Below, piece by piece: positions 29,489 to 39,003 of a stretch of DNA of 64,000 nucleotides; position 1 is the stretch's first letter, and the number at the start of each line of letters is the position of its first letter. The notes beneath the pieces are model-generated. The model made no database searches and had not been told where the DNA came from. It worked only from the letters and a program-made list of their open reading frames with translations. The DNA is taken from assembly GCA_965199955.1 (NCBI GenBank), contig CBDATQ010000001.1, positions 1,568,001 to 1,632,000 on the forward strand, given 5' to 3'. Made by a program: the position numbers and the translations under genes. This DNA comes from Spirochaetia bacterium (GTDB taxonomy: Bacteria > Spirochaetota > Spirochaetia > SZUA-6 > Bin103).

Positions 29489-31217
29489 ATGTACATCGAG
29501 TCTGTCCCCAACCGCTCCTCTCCCCCTGCCATCCTGCTCCGCGAGTCCTACCGCGAGCACGGCAAGGTCAAGAAGCGCACGCTCGCGAACCTCTCCAAAT
29601 GGCCCCCTGATCTGGTCGACGGCTTGCGCACCCTGCTCAAGGGCGGCCACGCCTTCGCCTCGGTCTCGGATGCGTTGCTGCTCACGCGCTCGCTGCCCCA
29701 CGGCCACGTCGCCGCCGTGCTGGGCATCCTCAAGCAGCTCGGACTCCATACCCTCATCGCCCGCAAGGCCAGCCGCTCGCGCGAGCTGATCATCGCCATG
29801 ATCACCGCCCGCGTCATCGACGCGCAGTCCAAACTGGCCACCGCCCGCGCGCTCTCACCGCCCAGCGCCGTGTCCACCCTGGGCGAGTCGCTGCGGTTGG
29901 GGGAGGTCGATGAGAACGAGCTCTACGAGGCGATGGACTGGTTGGTCGGGCGCCAGGCGGCGATCGAGGACCGCCTGGCCGAACAGCACCTCAGCGAGCA
30001 CACGCTGGTGCTCTACGACGTGAGCTCGACCTACTTCGAGGGCAGCCACTGCGAGCTGGCGCAGTTGGGACACAGCCGTGACGGCAAGTCGGGCACGCTG
30101 CAGATCGTGTTCGGGCTGCTGTGCACCCAGGAAGGCTGTCCGGTGGCGGTGGAGGTATTCCCTGGCTCTACCGCCGACCCGAAGACGGTGAGCGCGCAGG
30201 TGGACAAGATCCGCACCCGCTTCGGGCTCACGCGGGTGGTGCTGGTCGGCGACCGCGGGATGCTGAGCGCGGCGAGGATCCGCGAGGACCTGCAAGAGGT
30301 GGAGGGGCTGCGCTGGATCACCACGCTGCGCGCGCCGACGATCCGCAAGCTGGTGGCCGCCGGCGAGGTGGCGCCGTCGTTGTTCGACGAGCGCGACCTG
30401 GCCGAGATCACCAGCGAGGAGTTTCCGGGCGAGCGGCTGATCGTGTGCCGCAACCCGTTGCTGGCCGACGAACGGGAGCGCAAGCGCCAGGAGCTGCTAC
30501 AGGCCACCGAGCAGAAGCTGGCCCCGATCGCTCAGGCCACCCAGCGCGTCCATCAGCCGCTACGGGGCGAGGCCGAGATCGGCATGCGGGTCGGCAAGGT
30601 GATCAATCACTACAAGGTGGGCAAGCACTTCGTGACCGAGATCACCTCCGAGTCGTTCAGCTTTCGGCGCGATGAGGCCAAGATCGACGCCGAGCAGGCG
30701 CTGGACGGGCTGTACATCGTGCGCAGCAACGTGGAGCCGCAGGTGCTCGACGCGGCGCAGACGGTGCGCGCCTACAAGGGGCTGTCGAAGGTGGAGCGGG
30801 CGTTTCGGTGCATGAAGTCCGTGGACCTGAAGGTGCGCCCGATTCACCACCGGCGCGCCGATCGGGTGCGGGCGCACGTGCTGCTGTGCATGCTGGCCTA
30901 CTACGTGGAGTGGCACATGCGGCGCTCGCTGGCGCCGTTGCTGTTCGACGATCACGATCGACAGGGCGCCGAGCGCAAGCGGGTCTCCGAAGTGGCGCCG
31001 GCGCAGCGATCGGCGGCCGCGGCGGCCAAGGCGTCGAGCAAGCGCACCGAGGACGGGTTGCCGGTGCAGCTTTCGCACGCTGATCACTGAGCTGGGCACG
31101 CTGACGGCGAACACGATGCAGGTTGCAGAGGGCGGCAGCACGTTCACGCTGCACACGCACCCGACGCCGGTTCAGCAGCGCTGTTTCGAGCTGCTTGGGG
31201 TCACGCCCCGCATGTAG
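29489..31217 (+). CDS. IS1634-family DDE transposase, frameshift near 31068
   Basis: AILLRESYRE.GKVK.RTLANLS, LYDVSSTYFEG, GDRGM, VERAFR.MK; consensus tail SFRTL...PTP.Q...FELL continues in another frame to 31217. Confidence 0.93.
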
Positions 31218-31346
31218 CCATGCACAGGAACCTGCACCATTGAGAAACTACCCTGACCACAAGGACTTCAGGCAATTTCGCTCCTGGAACTTCGGATTAG
31301 TTGCTCTACGGTGCCGCTCCAGGAGGATTCCAGGAGAGAGAATTAC

Positions 31347-31682
31347 ATGAGAGAAAGAGCTTCATTGGTTGCGGCGATCGTAGTGGTGCTAAGCGGCTGT
31401 GACAGCATGAAGCCGGACCCGATGCCCATGGCACCGAGCCTTGACGGCACGTGGTATTTTGCCGGCTTTGCGGCGACGATCGCCGGGGAGAGTGTCACGG
31501 TGACAGTCGGCGACGGGACGACGTCGATGGCCGGCGCGGTCATGATCACCGTCGACGCGGACGCCGACCCCAACACCATTACGGTCGCGGGCTCGTTCAT
31601 CGTCGCGCTGTCGAGCGCCTTCGCGCCGCAGCCGGTGACCCAGGTGGTCGGCTGCAAGGGTACCCCGTGCATGGCCCCGTAG
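31347..31682 (+). CDS. Small putative lipoprotein
   Basis: Signal peptide with LSGC lipobox; LDGTW motif; AGGAG upstream. Confidence 0.6.
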   Translation: MRERASLVAAIVVVLSGCDSMKPDPMPMAPSLDGTWYFAGFAATIAGESVTVTVGDGTTSMAGAVMITVDADADPNTITVAGSFIVALSSAFAPQPVTQVVGCKGTPCMAP

Positions 31683-31689
31683 CCGGGGT

Positions 31690-33123
31690 TCAGTAGCGCA
31701 CGACGAGTTGCGCGAGCACGTTGTCCTTGGCGTCGTCCCGGCCCAGCAGGCCGGAGGCGGCGCCGGGATTCCACTCGAACCACAGATTGGCGCCGGCCGC
31801 GGCCGAGACGTGGTCGCTCAAACGCAGCCCGGCGCGCGGCGCCAGGTGGAGCGCCCGCTCCGTGATCCCCCACGCGCCGATCACGCCGACGCTCAGCGTC
31901 TCCCGGAACAGGCTGGTGTCGAGTCGGCCGACCAGGTAGACCGTGGACGGCTCCTCCTGGAGCAGGTAGAAGTCGCGGAGCGCGACGACGACGTTCTCCA
32001 CGAGCGGGCTGTACTCCGACTTCAGCTCCGCGTCGGGATGCAGGATCAGCCGGTGGTACCAGGCGGCCGAGACGTTGAACGGCTGTTGGCCAATGGAGAC
32101 AGCGCGGTCGGCCTGCACGGCGTACAGGATCTCCGGCCGCTTGACGTCGATGCGGGTGCCGTCCGTATTCTCGGTCAGCTTGAGACCGGCGTCGGCTGAC
32201 AGCACGAACCCGGCCAGGGCCGCGCTGGCGCCGACGCCGAAGTTGTGGGCGCGGTTGTAGCCGGGTACGACGGCGCCCCTGATGGAGTAGTGGGTCTCGT
32301 CCCCCACCGTGCGCCTCGTCTCCCGGACCCCGGTCAGGTCGAAGTCCGGCGTCTGGTCGCGGAAGAACGAGTACGTGAACTGCGCGTCCACGTCGAACGA
32401 CGTATAGGATAGGGCCGCGTGCACGGAGTGCGCCCACTCCGAGAACAGGGCCACCCGCGGGTTCTCGAAGCGTGCGTCGATGTCGTAGTTGACGAGGGTC
32501 AGGTCGAAGTCCAGCTCGGCGATGCCGATCAGGTCGGGAGCCAGGAACGGCACGTAGACCATTTCCAGGCTCAGCGCGTCGTCCAGGTAGGCGGTGACGT
32601 GGATCATGGGGTCGGCCAGCGGGCTCTCGAATGCGTCGCCCAGCCCCAGGGTGGAGGTGTTCGTGTGGTTGACCACGTCCAGGGGGCTCAGCAGGTCGAT
32701 CTTCCCCCAGCGCACGAACTTCTGGCCGACGTCGACATCGAAGGCGTCGGTGCGCAGCGTGACGTACGCCTGGCGGACGATGAACTCGGGGTCGATCACA
32801 GTCACCTCGCCGATGCGCCGTTCGACGGCCGTCTCCGGCACCGCGACGTGCTCGCCGATCTGGGCGAAGGCTTGGAGCTCGGCGAATGCCCCCAGATCGC
32901 CGGTGGCGTTGACCGCCTCCACCTGTGCGGCGGCCGTCAGCCGCACCCGTTCGTTGGTGTAGAGCCGTCCCTCGGCCACCAGGCCGTAGTGGTCGAGCTG
33001 CACGAAGCCGCCCAGCGACAGGTCGATGCCGTCCGCCAGGGCGTGCGGCGCCGACAGGGCCAGCCCCGCAGCCAGCGCGATCGGGCGTAGCACGCCCCGG
33101 ACCGATCCGAGTAGGTGTCTCAC
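31690..33123 (-). CDS. Outer-membrane beta-barrel protein (DUF1302-like)
   Basis: Signal peptide, RQAYV...GQKFVRWGK.D..SP.D..N, C-terminal aromatic residue. Confidence 0.72.
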   Translation of the reverse strand: MRHLLGSVRGVLRPIALAAGLALSAPHALADGIDLSLGGFVQLDHYGLVAEGRLYTNERVRLTAAAQVEAVNATGDLGAFAELQAFAQIGEHVAVPETAVERRIGEVTVIDPEFIVRQAYVTLRTDAFDVDVGQKFVRWGKIDLLSPLDVVNHTNTSTLGLGDAFESPLADPMIHVTAYLDDALSLEMVYVPFLAPDLIGIAELDFDLTLVNYDIDARFENPRVALFSEWAHSVHAALSYTSFDVDAQFTYSFFRDQTPDFDLTGVRETRRTVGDETHYSIRGAVVPGYNRAHNFGVGASAALAGFVLSADAGLKLTENTDGTRIDVKRPEILYAVQADRAVSIGQQPFNVSAAWYHRLILHPDAELKSEYSPLVENVVVALRDFYLLQEEPSTVYLVGRLDTSLFRETLSVGVIGAWGITERALHLAPRAGLRLSDHVSAAAGANLWFEWNPGAASGLLGRDDAKDNVLAQLVVRY

Positions 33124-33920
33124 TGCCGTTGCAGGTAGCGGTGCGTGAAGTAGCGGTCGGGGATGTCATCCGTGAACGACAGCCGTTCGGCGACGATCTC
33201 CGAAACGTGCCCGGTCTGGTGGTTGATCATGTGCACCCGTGACGGGTAGGCCAGCCCGTCCTCCCGGTACAACTCCAGCACCGTGAGCTCCTTGAGCAGG
33301 TCGTCGGCCAGGTCGTAGAAGAGGATCCGCTCGGCGACGAAGTCGTCCTTGCGGATGTAGTGCTCCTCGCGCGAGTAGCCGAACTCGCGCTGCAGATCCG
33401 GCGTCCTGCCGCGCACGTCCAGTACGTAGTGCCCGCCGCTGCCGGGCGCGTCCTCCAGCAGGGTGTGGACGTACTCCGCGTCGTCGCGGCTGATCAGGTC
33501 GCGGAAGGTGAAGTCGCTGCCCATGAAGTAGCCGCCGCCGGCGGTGCTCAGGTCGACCCGCTTGACCCTGCCCACGGCCGGCAGGTAGAGCCACATGCTG
33601 TCGTCTCCCTGGTTGATGTTGGAGTGCACCAGCAGCGCCGTGCCGCGCACGTTGGGCGGAAAGGTGAACACGAACAGCCGGTCTTCACGCTCCGGAGAAC
33701 GCCGCTTCTGGTATGCGGTGACGCGCGTCACGCGTCGGTCTCCGCCGGGGGAGACGACCGTCAGAGTCAGCTCGCCGCTCAGGTTCTCGATCCGGGTCAG
33801 GGCGCCGGACCGTTCGAGGATCTGTTCGACGTCCTGGGCGGACAGCGGCCCCGGTATCCCCAGCAACGCCGCGAGCGCCAGCGTCAGCGGGATCGACGCA
33901 AGCAGGCGGCGGGTGTTCAG
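33120..33920 (-). CDS. Outer-membrane lipoprotein-sorting (LolA-like) protein
   Basis: P.VRGTALL, WLYLPA..RVKR, FMGSDFTF.D; probable CTG start after GGAGG. Confidence 0.85.
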   Translation of the reverse strand: MNTRRLLASIPLTLALAALLGIPGPLSAQDVEQILERSGALTRIENLSGELTLTVVSPGGDRRVTRVTAYQKRRSPEREDRLFVFTFPPNVRGTALLVHSNINQGDDSMWLYLPAVGRVKRVDLSTAGGGYFMGSDFTFRDLISRDDAEYVHTLLEDAPGSGGHYVLDVRGRTPDLQREFGYSREEHYIRKDDFVAERILFYDLADDLLKELTVLELYREDGLAYPSRVHMINHQTGHVSEIVAERLSFTDDIPDRYFTHRYLQRQ

Positions 33921-36172
33921 CGGTTCCTCCCTTGGCGTGCGGGCAACTCCCATGTCGCGATGAACAGGCTCAGGACGAAGGCGCCCGCGATGGCGGCCGC
34001 GATCATCATACCGAAATGGACGGCGCCCGCGAACGAGGAGAGCGCCAGGCTGAGGAAGGCAACCACGGAGGTCAGGAAGCTCATGAAGACCGGCACGCCG
34101 CTGCCGCGTGCGACGGCGATCGCCAGCCGGATCCCGGCGATGGTGCCCACCCCGCGGCGCCAAGCCGCGACGGGCGAGCGGCGCAGCGCGTTGATCACGT
34201 GGATGGTGTAGTCGACTGTCAGCCCCAGAGTGACCGCGATCGCGATCACGGTGTAGTCGTCGAGATGCACGCCGAACAGGGGTACGGCCCCGGCCACGGC
34301 CAGCAGGATCACGCAGGGCGGCAGCAAGCTGAGCGCCGCGAGCTTCAGGTCCCGGAACGCCGCCAGCACCGTGAGGAAGATGAGCAGCGCGCCGCTGCCG
34401 AAGGTGCGCAGCCAGCCGTTGCGCAGCCGGGCGGCGTGACCGAGCAAGTCCTGCACCGGCCCCGTGACCCGCAGGGTCCATCCGTCGGGCAGCTCGGCGC
34501 GGAGCGCGCCAACCAGGTCCCGGAATTCGAGCAGCGTATCGAAGTCGCGGTAGCGGAGGATGCCGTGCACGCGCGCCACGCTGAAGTCGGCGTCGGCGAG
34601 CGCGTCGTAGGCGGCCGGGTTGGCCGAGGCTGCGAAGAACAACAGGTATTGCGAGACCAGCCGCTCGAAGGCGGCGGGGTCGGGTTCGTCCGGCAGCCGC
34701 CGGGACTCCGGCTCGCCGTCGGTGAAGTACGAGTTGATGCGCTCGATCACCGTCAGCAGCGACTGGTGATGGCCGATCTCACCGCTCCGGGCCAGCGACC
34801 GGTGGACGCCCGCGAGCCGTTCCAGCGCTGCGCGCCGCACGAACGCATTCGGCTCCCCGGCGTCCAGCTCGATCGCGAACGGCACGGTGCCGGCGAACTT
34901 CCCGTTGAAGATACGCTCCGCCTGCACGATCGTCGATGCTTCCGGAAGCTGGTGGAGCGGGTACGGTTCCGGGCGGAGCCGGGGCAGATTCAGCGCCGCC
35001 AGTGCCGCGATTATGGCGAGGACCAGCGCAGCCGCGACCCGATGGCGCGCGAGCGCCAGCACCAGGGTCACCAGCAGCCGGCGGATATGCCGGATGATCA
35101 GGCGCGGCGCGCGGAGCGCGCGTCGGCGGACAGGCCCGAACGCCGGCACCCACCAGAGCGCCAGCAGCAGCGCCGCCAGCGCCCCGGCGCTGACCGTCAC
35201 GCCGACGAATAGGTGGGCGCCGCTGCCCAGCCCGATCAGGCTGAGGAAGCCGATGACGGTGGTGGCCGCCGTCAGCGCCAGCGGCAGTGCCAGGTAGGCG
35301 CGGGTGGTGGGCGCCGAACCGTCTCCGATGGATCCCAGGTGGTAGCCTGAGTGAATGGCGTAGTCGCTGAGCAGGCCGCCGGCAAACACCGGCAGCAGGA
35401 CCAGGAGAGGAGTGGCGGCCGCGCCCAGGAGCGTGAACACCGCGTAGCCGATGCCGGCCGCCGAGGCGGTCGCGGCCAGGGCCAGCAGCACGCCGCGCGC
35501 GGTGCCGAACGTCAGCAGGAACACCACGGCGATCAGGACGCCCGCGAACGGCAGCAGGGCGCGCACATCGCGGGTCATCAGCCGGGCGACCACGACGGCG
35601 ATCGGGCGCAACCCGGTGAAGTGGACGGCGACGTCTTCCCCGGCGAGGGTGCGCTGCAGCTCCTCCAGGCGCTTTACCAGCTCCTCCGGCGGCAGCCGGG
35701 AACCGAGTTCCAGGTAGAAGGCCACGGTGCGGAGGTCGGCGCTCCAGTACGGATGGATCTCCGGAAACAGGGGGTAGGCGAGGCGGAGATCCTCCGCCGC
35801 CGCGGGGTCGTAGGCGTCCACCAGGTCCGGCGCCACGAACGGCCGCGCCGAGATGTCTTCGGCCGTGGAGCTGACCACGGTGGCGCGCAGCGGCGACGAG
35901 TAGCCGCGGACTCCTTCCAGCGCGCGGATGAACGCGTCCACGCGGGCGATCACGCTCAGGTTCGCGTGGTCCAGCCCGTCGCCGCCGCGCGCGGACAGGT
36001 CCACCGCCACGGCGACGACGTTCTCGCCCTGGGACGGCAGGCGGACCTCGCTGTCAGGGGCCGACAGCGCTTCCGTGCCGCCGCCGGCCGGCCGCAAGAG
36101 GACGACCGCTGCCACGAGCGCCGCGGCGCCCAGCGGAACGGCTATCCGTCTACCGTGCTCGAGGTTACACAC
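33917..36172 (-). CDS. MMPL/RND-superfamily transporter
   Basis: Two TM modules with GLLSDYAIH and GLTVDYTIH, TTVIGF.SL. Confidence 0.85.
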   Translation of the reverse strand: MCNLEHGRRIAVPLGAAALVAAVVLLRPAGGGTEALSAPDSEVRLPSQGENVVAVAVDLSARGGDGLDHANLSVIARVDAFIRALEGVRGYSSPLRATVVSSTAEDISARPFVAPDLVDAYDPAAAEDLRLAYPLFPEIHPYWSADLRTVAFYLELGSRLPPEELVKRLEELQRTLAGEDVAVHFTGLRPIAVVVARLMTRDVRALLPFAGVLIAVVFLLTFGTARGVLLALAATASAAGIGYAVFTLLGAAATPLLVLLPVFAGGLLSDYAIHSGYHLGSIGDGSAPTTRAYLALPLALTAATTVIGFLSLIGLGSGAHLFVGVTVSAGALAALLLALWWVPAFGPVRRRALRAPRLIIRHIRRLLVTLVLALARHRVAAALVLAIIAALAALNLPRLRPEPYPLHQLPEASTIVQAERIFNGKFAGTVPFAIELDAGEPNAFVRRAALERLAGVHRSLARSGEIGHHQSLLTVIERINSYFTDGEPESRRLPDEPDPAAFERLVSQYLLFFAASANPAAYDALADADFSVARVHGILRYRDFDTLLEFRDLVGALRAELPDGWTLRVTGPVQDLLGHAARLRNGWLRTFGSGALLIFLTVLAAFRDLKLAALSLLPPCVILLAVAGAVPLFGVHLDDYTVIAIAVTLGLTVDYTIHVINALRRSPVAAWRRGVGTIAGIRLAIAVARGSGVPVFMSFLTSVVAFLSLALSSFAGAVHFGMMIAAAIAGAFVLSLFIATWELPARQGRNR

Positions 36173-36278
36173 GAAGTGATGATGGTCCCGCCACGTTCAA
36201 TCATCCTCGCGTCGGAGGTTGCCGGATTGGCGCCGGAGCGGCAATCCGACAGCCTCCGGCGCCAAAGGTGGGGATGGG

Positions 36279-36313
36279 CCAAGAAGCCGGAGCCCGAGGC
36301 TCCGGCTTCTTGG
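36279..36313. terminator. 15-bp stem hairpin just downstream of the PhyH-family gene
   Basis: CCAAGAAGCCGGAGC-CCGAG-GCTCCGGCTTCTTGG. Confidence 0.65.
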
Positions 36314-36316
36314 GGC

Positions 36317-37248
36317 TCAGCAGATCAGGCCGCGTTTCGCCCCCGTGCCGTGCGCGATCGGGTTCTCGCCTATCCAGCGTTCGTCCATCGGCTCGCCGGC
36401 GCGCTGGTAGCGCGTGTCGGAGGAGACGCGCACGCGGTCGGTGTGGTTGTCGCCGGCGGAGTGCATGGTGTGCATGGTGAAGATCAGCAGGTCGCCGGCG
36501 AGGTAGTCGCTCATCAGCCAGCGGCCGCCCAGCCGGCCGGGGAGTGAGGTGGCGTCCTTGGTGAAGTGCCCGCCGTTGTGGCGGTCCACCCAGCGCGACG
36601 AGCCGGACAGGACCGGGTCCGCCTCCGGCGTGCCGGAGCAGTAGGTGTCGACGTCCATCCGGCCGTAGGTCTCCTGCACCTCGGTCAGGCGGTGCGAGCC
36701 TTCCAGGATCATCAGGCCACCCATCTCCAGAGGCACGTCGCACAGCGGCGTCCAGCCGGTCAGCAGGTTCTTCGTGCCCCGGCCCATGAAGACGATGTCG
36801 TAGTGAGGCGGGGTGGGGGTGTCGACCCCCGGCGACTTGGCGCGCACCCAGATGTAGTCGAAGTGCCGGACCGGCGCGTCGAAGATGCGCTCGAACACCG
36901 CCAGCATCGGTGCGCCGAACACCACCCGCTCCAGCGGCGGGTTGTGCCTGCCCTCGTCGTGTGCGGCCAGTACCGAGAGGCCGGGCTTCGCGATCCCCTC
37001 CTCGGGCGGGTAATCGGGATGGAGCTGGCCGGCCGCGGCGATGCGGCGGTAGAGTTCGTGCCCGGTTCCAGCACCTCGTCCCTCGGCAGCGCATCGCGCA
37101 GCAGCACGTAGCCATCGGTGTCGAGCCGCTCGCGCAACTCGGAGCCGGCGGCATCGGTCGCGGTGACGGCGAGCCTTCCCGGCGTGTGTAACTCGTCACG
37201 CAGCGGTCGGCCTTGGTAGGTGAGCTCGGCGGTCGCGGCGGTGTCCAT
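36317..37248 (-). CDS. PhyH-family dioxygenase, single frameshift near 37065
   Basis: DGYVLLRD then frame change to HELYRR...WVR...PHYDIVFMGRGT...GGL.ILEGSH...SSDTRYQ. Confidence 0.85.
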
Positions 37249-37276
37249 GGCGCGGCTATTATGACATGGCCAGCGT

Positions 37277-38989
37277 ATGAGAGGGATGGCGAGGGGGCGC
37301 GTCCGGTCGGCCGTCCTGGCGTGTCTGAGCGCTGTCTCGATGGCGGCGGCCGCCGAGGTGCGGCTGTCCACTTGTGCCACCGACCCGGCCCTGTGCCCGG
37401 AAGCTACGGGGCTGATCCACCCGCACGCCCCGGCGATCGACAGCTTCTTCACGTTCTCCGGCGGCGGCTCGGTCGGGGACTTCAACCGCGACGGACGGCA
37501 GGACCTGTTCCTGGTGACCGGTGGCGAGGCGCCGGACCGGCTCTACCTGAACCAGGGCGACGGCACCTTCCGGGAGGTGGCGGAGGCGGCCGGCGTGGCC
37601 GAGGTCCACCGCGGCCACGGCTCCGTCGTGGGAGACATCGACAAGGACGGGTGGCTGGACATCTTCGTCACCAGCCTGGGTCCGATGGCCGACGAGTGGA
37701 GCATGCCGGGCAACCATCTCCTGTGGCTGAACCAGGGCGGGCAGCCGGACGGGCTGCTGGCCGACGGGACACCGACGTTCCGGAACATCGCGCGGGAGGC
37801 GCGCGCCGACATGACGTCCTTCGAGCAGCCGTCCGGTATGGGGGCGGCGCTGGGCGACTACGACCGCGACGGCGACCTGGACCTGCTCGTGGTCTCCTGG
37901 CTGACCTGGGCCGAGGGCAGCCTGCTGCTGCGCAACGAGGGCATCCACGAGCGAACCGGCCTGCCACGCTTCTCCAACGCGACCCCGCGCGCGCGCCTGT
38001 TCAAGACGGAGATGCACGGCTTGACCGCGCACATCGTCGACGTCGACGGCGACCGGTGGCCGGAGGTGCTGGTGGCGGCCGACTACCGCACCAGCCGGCT
38101 GTATCACAACAACGGCGACGGCACCTTCGCCGACGTCACGCGCGAGGCGCAGGTGGGGCTGGACGGCAACGGCATGGGCAGCGTGCTGGCCGACGTGGAC
38201 AACGACGGCCTGCTCGACTGGTACGTAACCTCGATCTGGACCCACACGCCGTTCGAGGACGCGACCGGGCACGTGCCGGGAACCGGGAACTACCTGTACC
38301 GCAACCTCGGCGGCGGCGCTTTCGACTCCGGGCCGCGCACCCGCGGACCGCTCGCGCGCGGCGGCTGGGGATGGGGCGTGGTGGCGGTCGATCTGGACCA
38401 CGACGGCCTGCTGGATCTGGTGACCACGAACGGCTGGCAGGCGGAAAACGCCGACGGCCATCAGGAGTGGCTGGAGGACCCGACGAGCGTCTTCCACAAC
38501 CGCGGCGATGCGAAGTTCCGGGACATCGCCGCCGAGGCCGGACTGGACCACCGCGCGGAAGGGCGTGGCATGGTCCGCTTCGACTACGACGACGACGGCG
38601 ACCAAGATCTGCTGATCATCAACAGCCGCGGCGTGCCGACGCTGGTCGCCAACACGGGCGGGACCGCCTCCGGCAACTGGCTGCGCGTGGAGTTGCGCCC
38701 CGCGCTGGACCTGCCGGTGCCGGCGGACGGAGTCGGCGCGGTGGTGCGCGTCCGCACCGGCGAAACCACGCAGACCCGCCATATCGAGACCGGCGGCGGC
38801 TACCTGGGGTCCTCCGAGCTGAGCGCCCACTTCGGCCTGGGTGACGCGGCGGTCGCCGACGAGCTGCGCGTCGAGTGGCCGGACGGCTGCGACACGGCCA
38901 CGCACGAGGTCGCGGTCAACCGCCGCCTGCGGCTGGAGCGCCCCGCCGGCTGCACGATGACCGTGGTCGTGCTCGACGAACATCACTGA
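37277..38989 (+). CDS. CRTAC1-like FG-GAP repeat protein with ASPIC/UnbV domain
   Basis: Repeated GD.D.DG..DL motifs, N.GDGTF, C-terminal GGGYLG...HFGLG...VEWP.G. Confidence 0.88.
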   Translation: MRGMARGRVRSAVLACLSAVSMAAAAEVRLSTCATDPALCPEATGLIHPHAPAIDSFFTFSGGGSVGDFNRDGRQDLFLVTGGEAPDRLYLNQGDGTFREVAEAAGVAEVHRGHGSVVGDIDKDGWLDIFVTSLGPMADEWSMPGNHLLWLNQGGQPDGLLADGTPTFRNIAREARADMTSFEQPSGMGAALGDYDRDGDLDLLVVSWLTWAEGSLLLRNEGIHERTGLPRFSNATPRARLFKTEMHGLTAHIVDVDGDRWPEVLVAADYRTSRLYHNNGDGTFADVTREAQVGLDGNGMGSVLADVDNDGLLDWYVTSIWTHTPFEDATGHVPGTGNYLYRNLGGGAFDSGPRTRGPLARGGWGWGVVAVDLDHDGLLDLVTTNGWQAENADGHQEWLEDPTSVFHNRGDAKFRDIAAEAGLDHRAEGRGMVRFDYDDDGDQDLLIINSRGVPTLVANTGGTASGNWLRVELRPALDLPVPADGVGAVVRVRTGETTQTRHIETGGGYLGSSELSAHFGLGDAAVADELRVEWPDGCDTATHEVAVNRRLRLERPAGCTMTVVVLDEHH

Positions 38990-39003
38990 GCGAGGAGAAA
39001 GCC

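Larger units (their letters stand above)
29306..31295 (+). mobile_element. IS1634-family insertion sequence
   Basis: TIR CCGAAGTTCCAG / CTGGAACTTCGG; 6-bp target duplication ATTAGT at 29300-29305 and 31296-31301. Confidence 0.92.

Noticed and set aside
36205..36262. Integron attC site
   Set aside because: Lacks RYYYAAC/GTTRRRY core ends; no integrase or cassette array.
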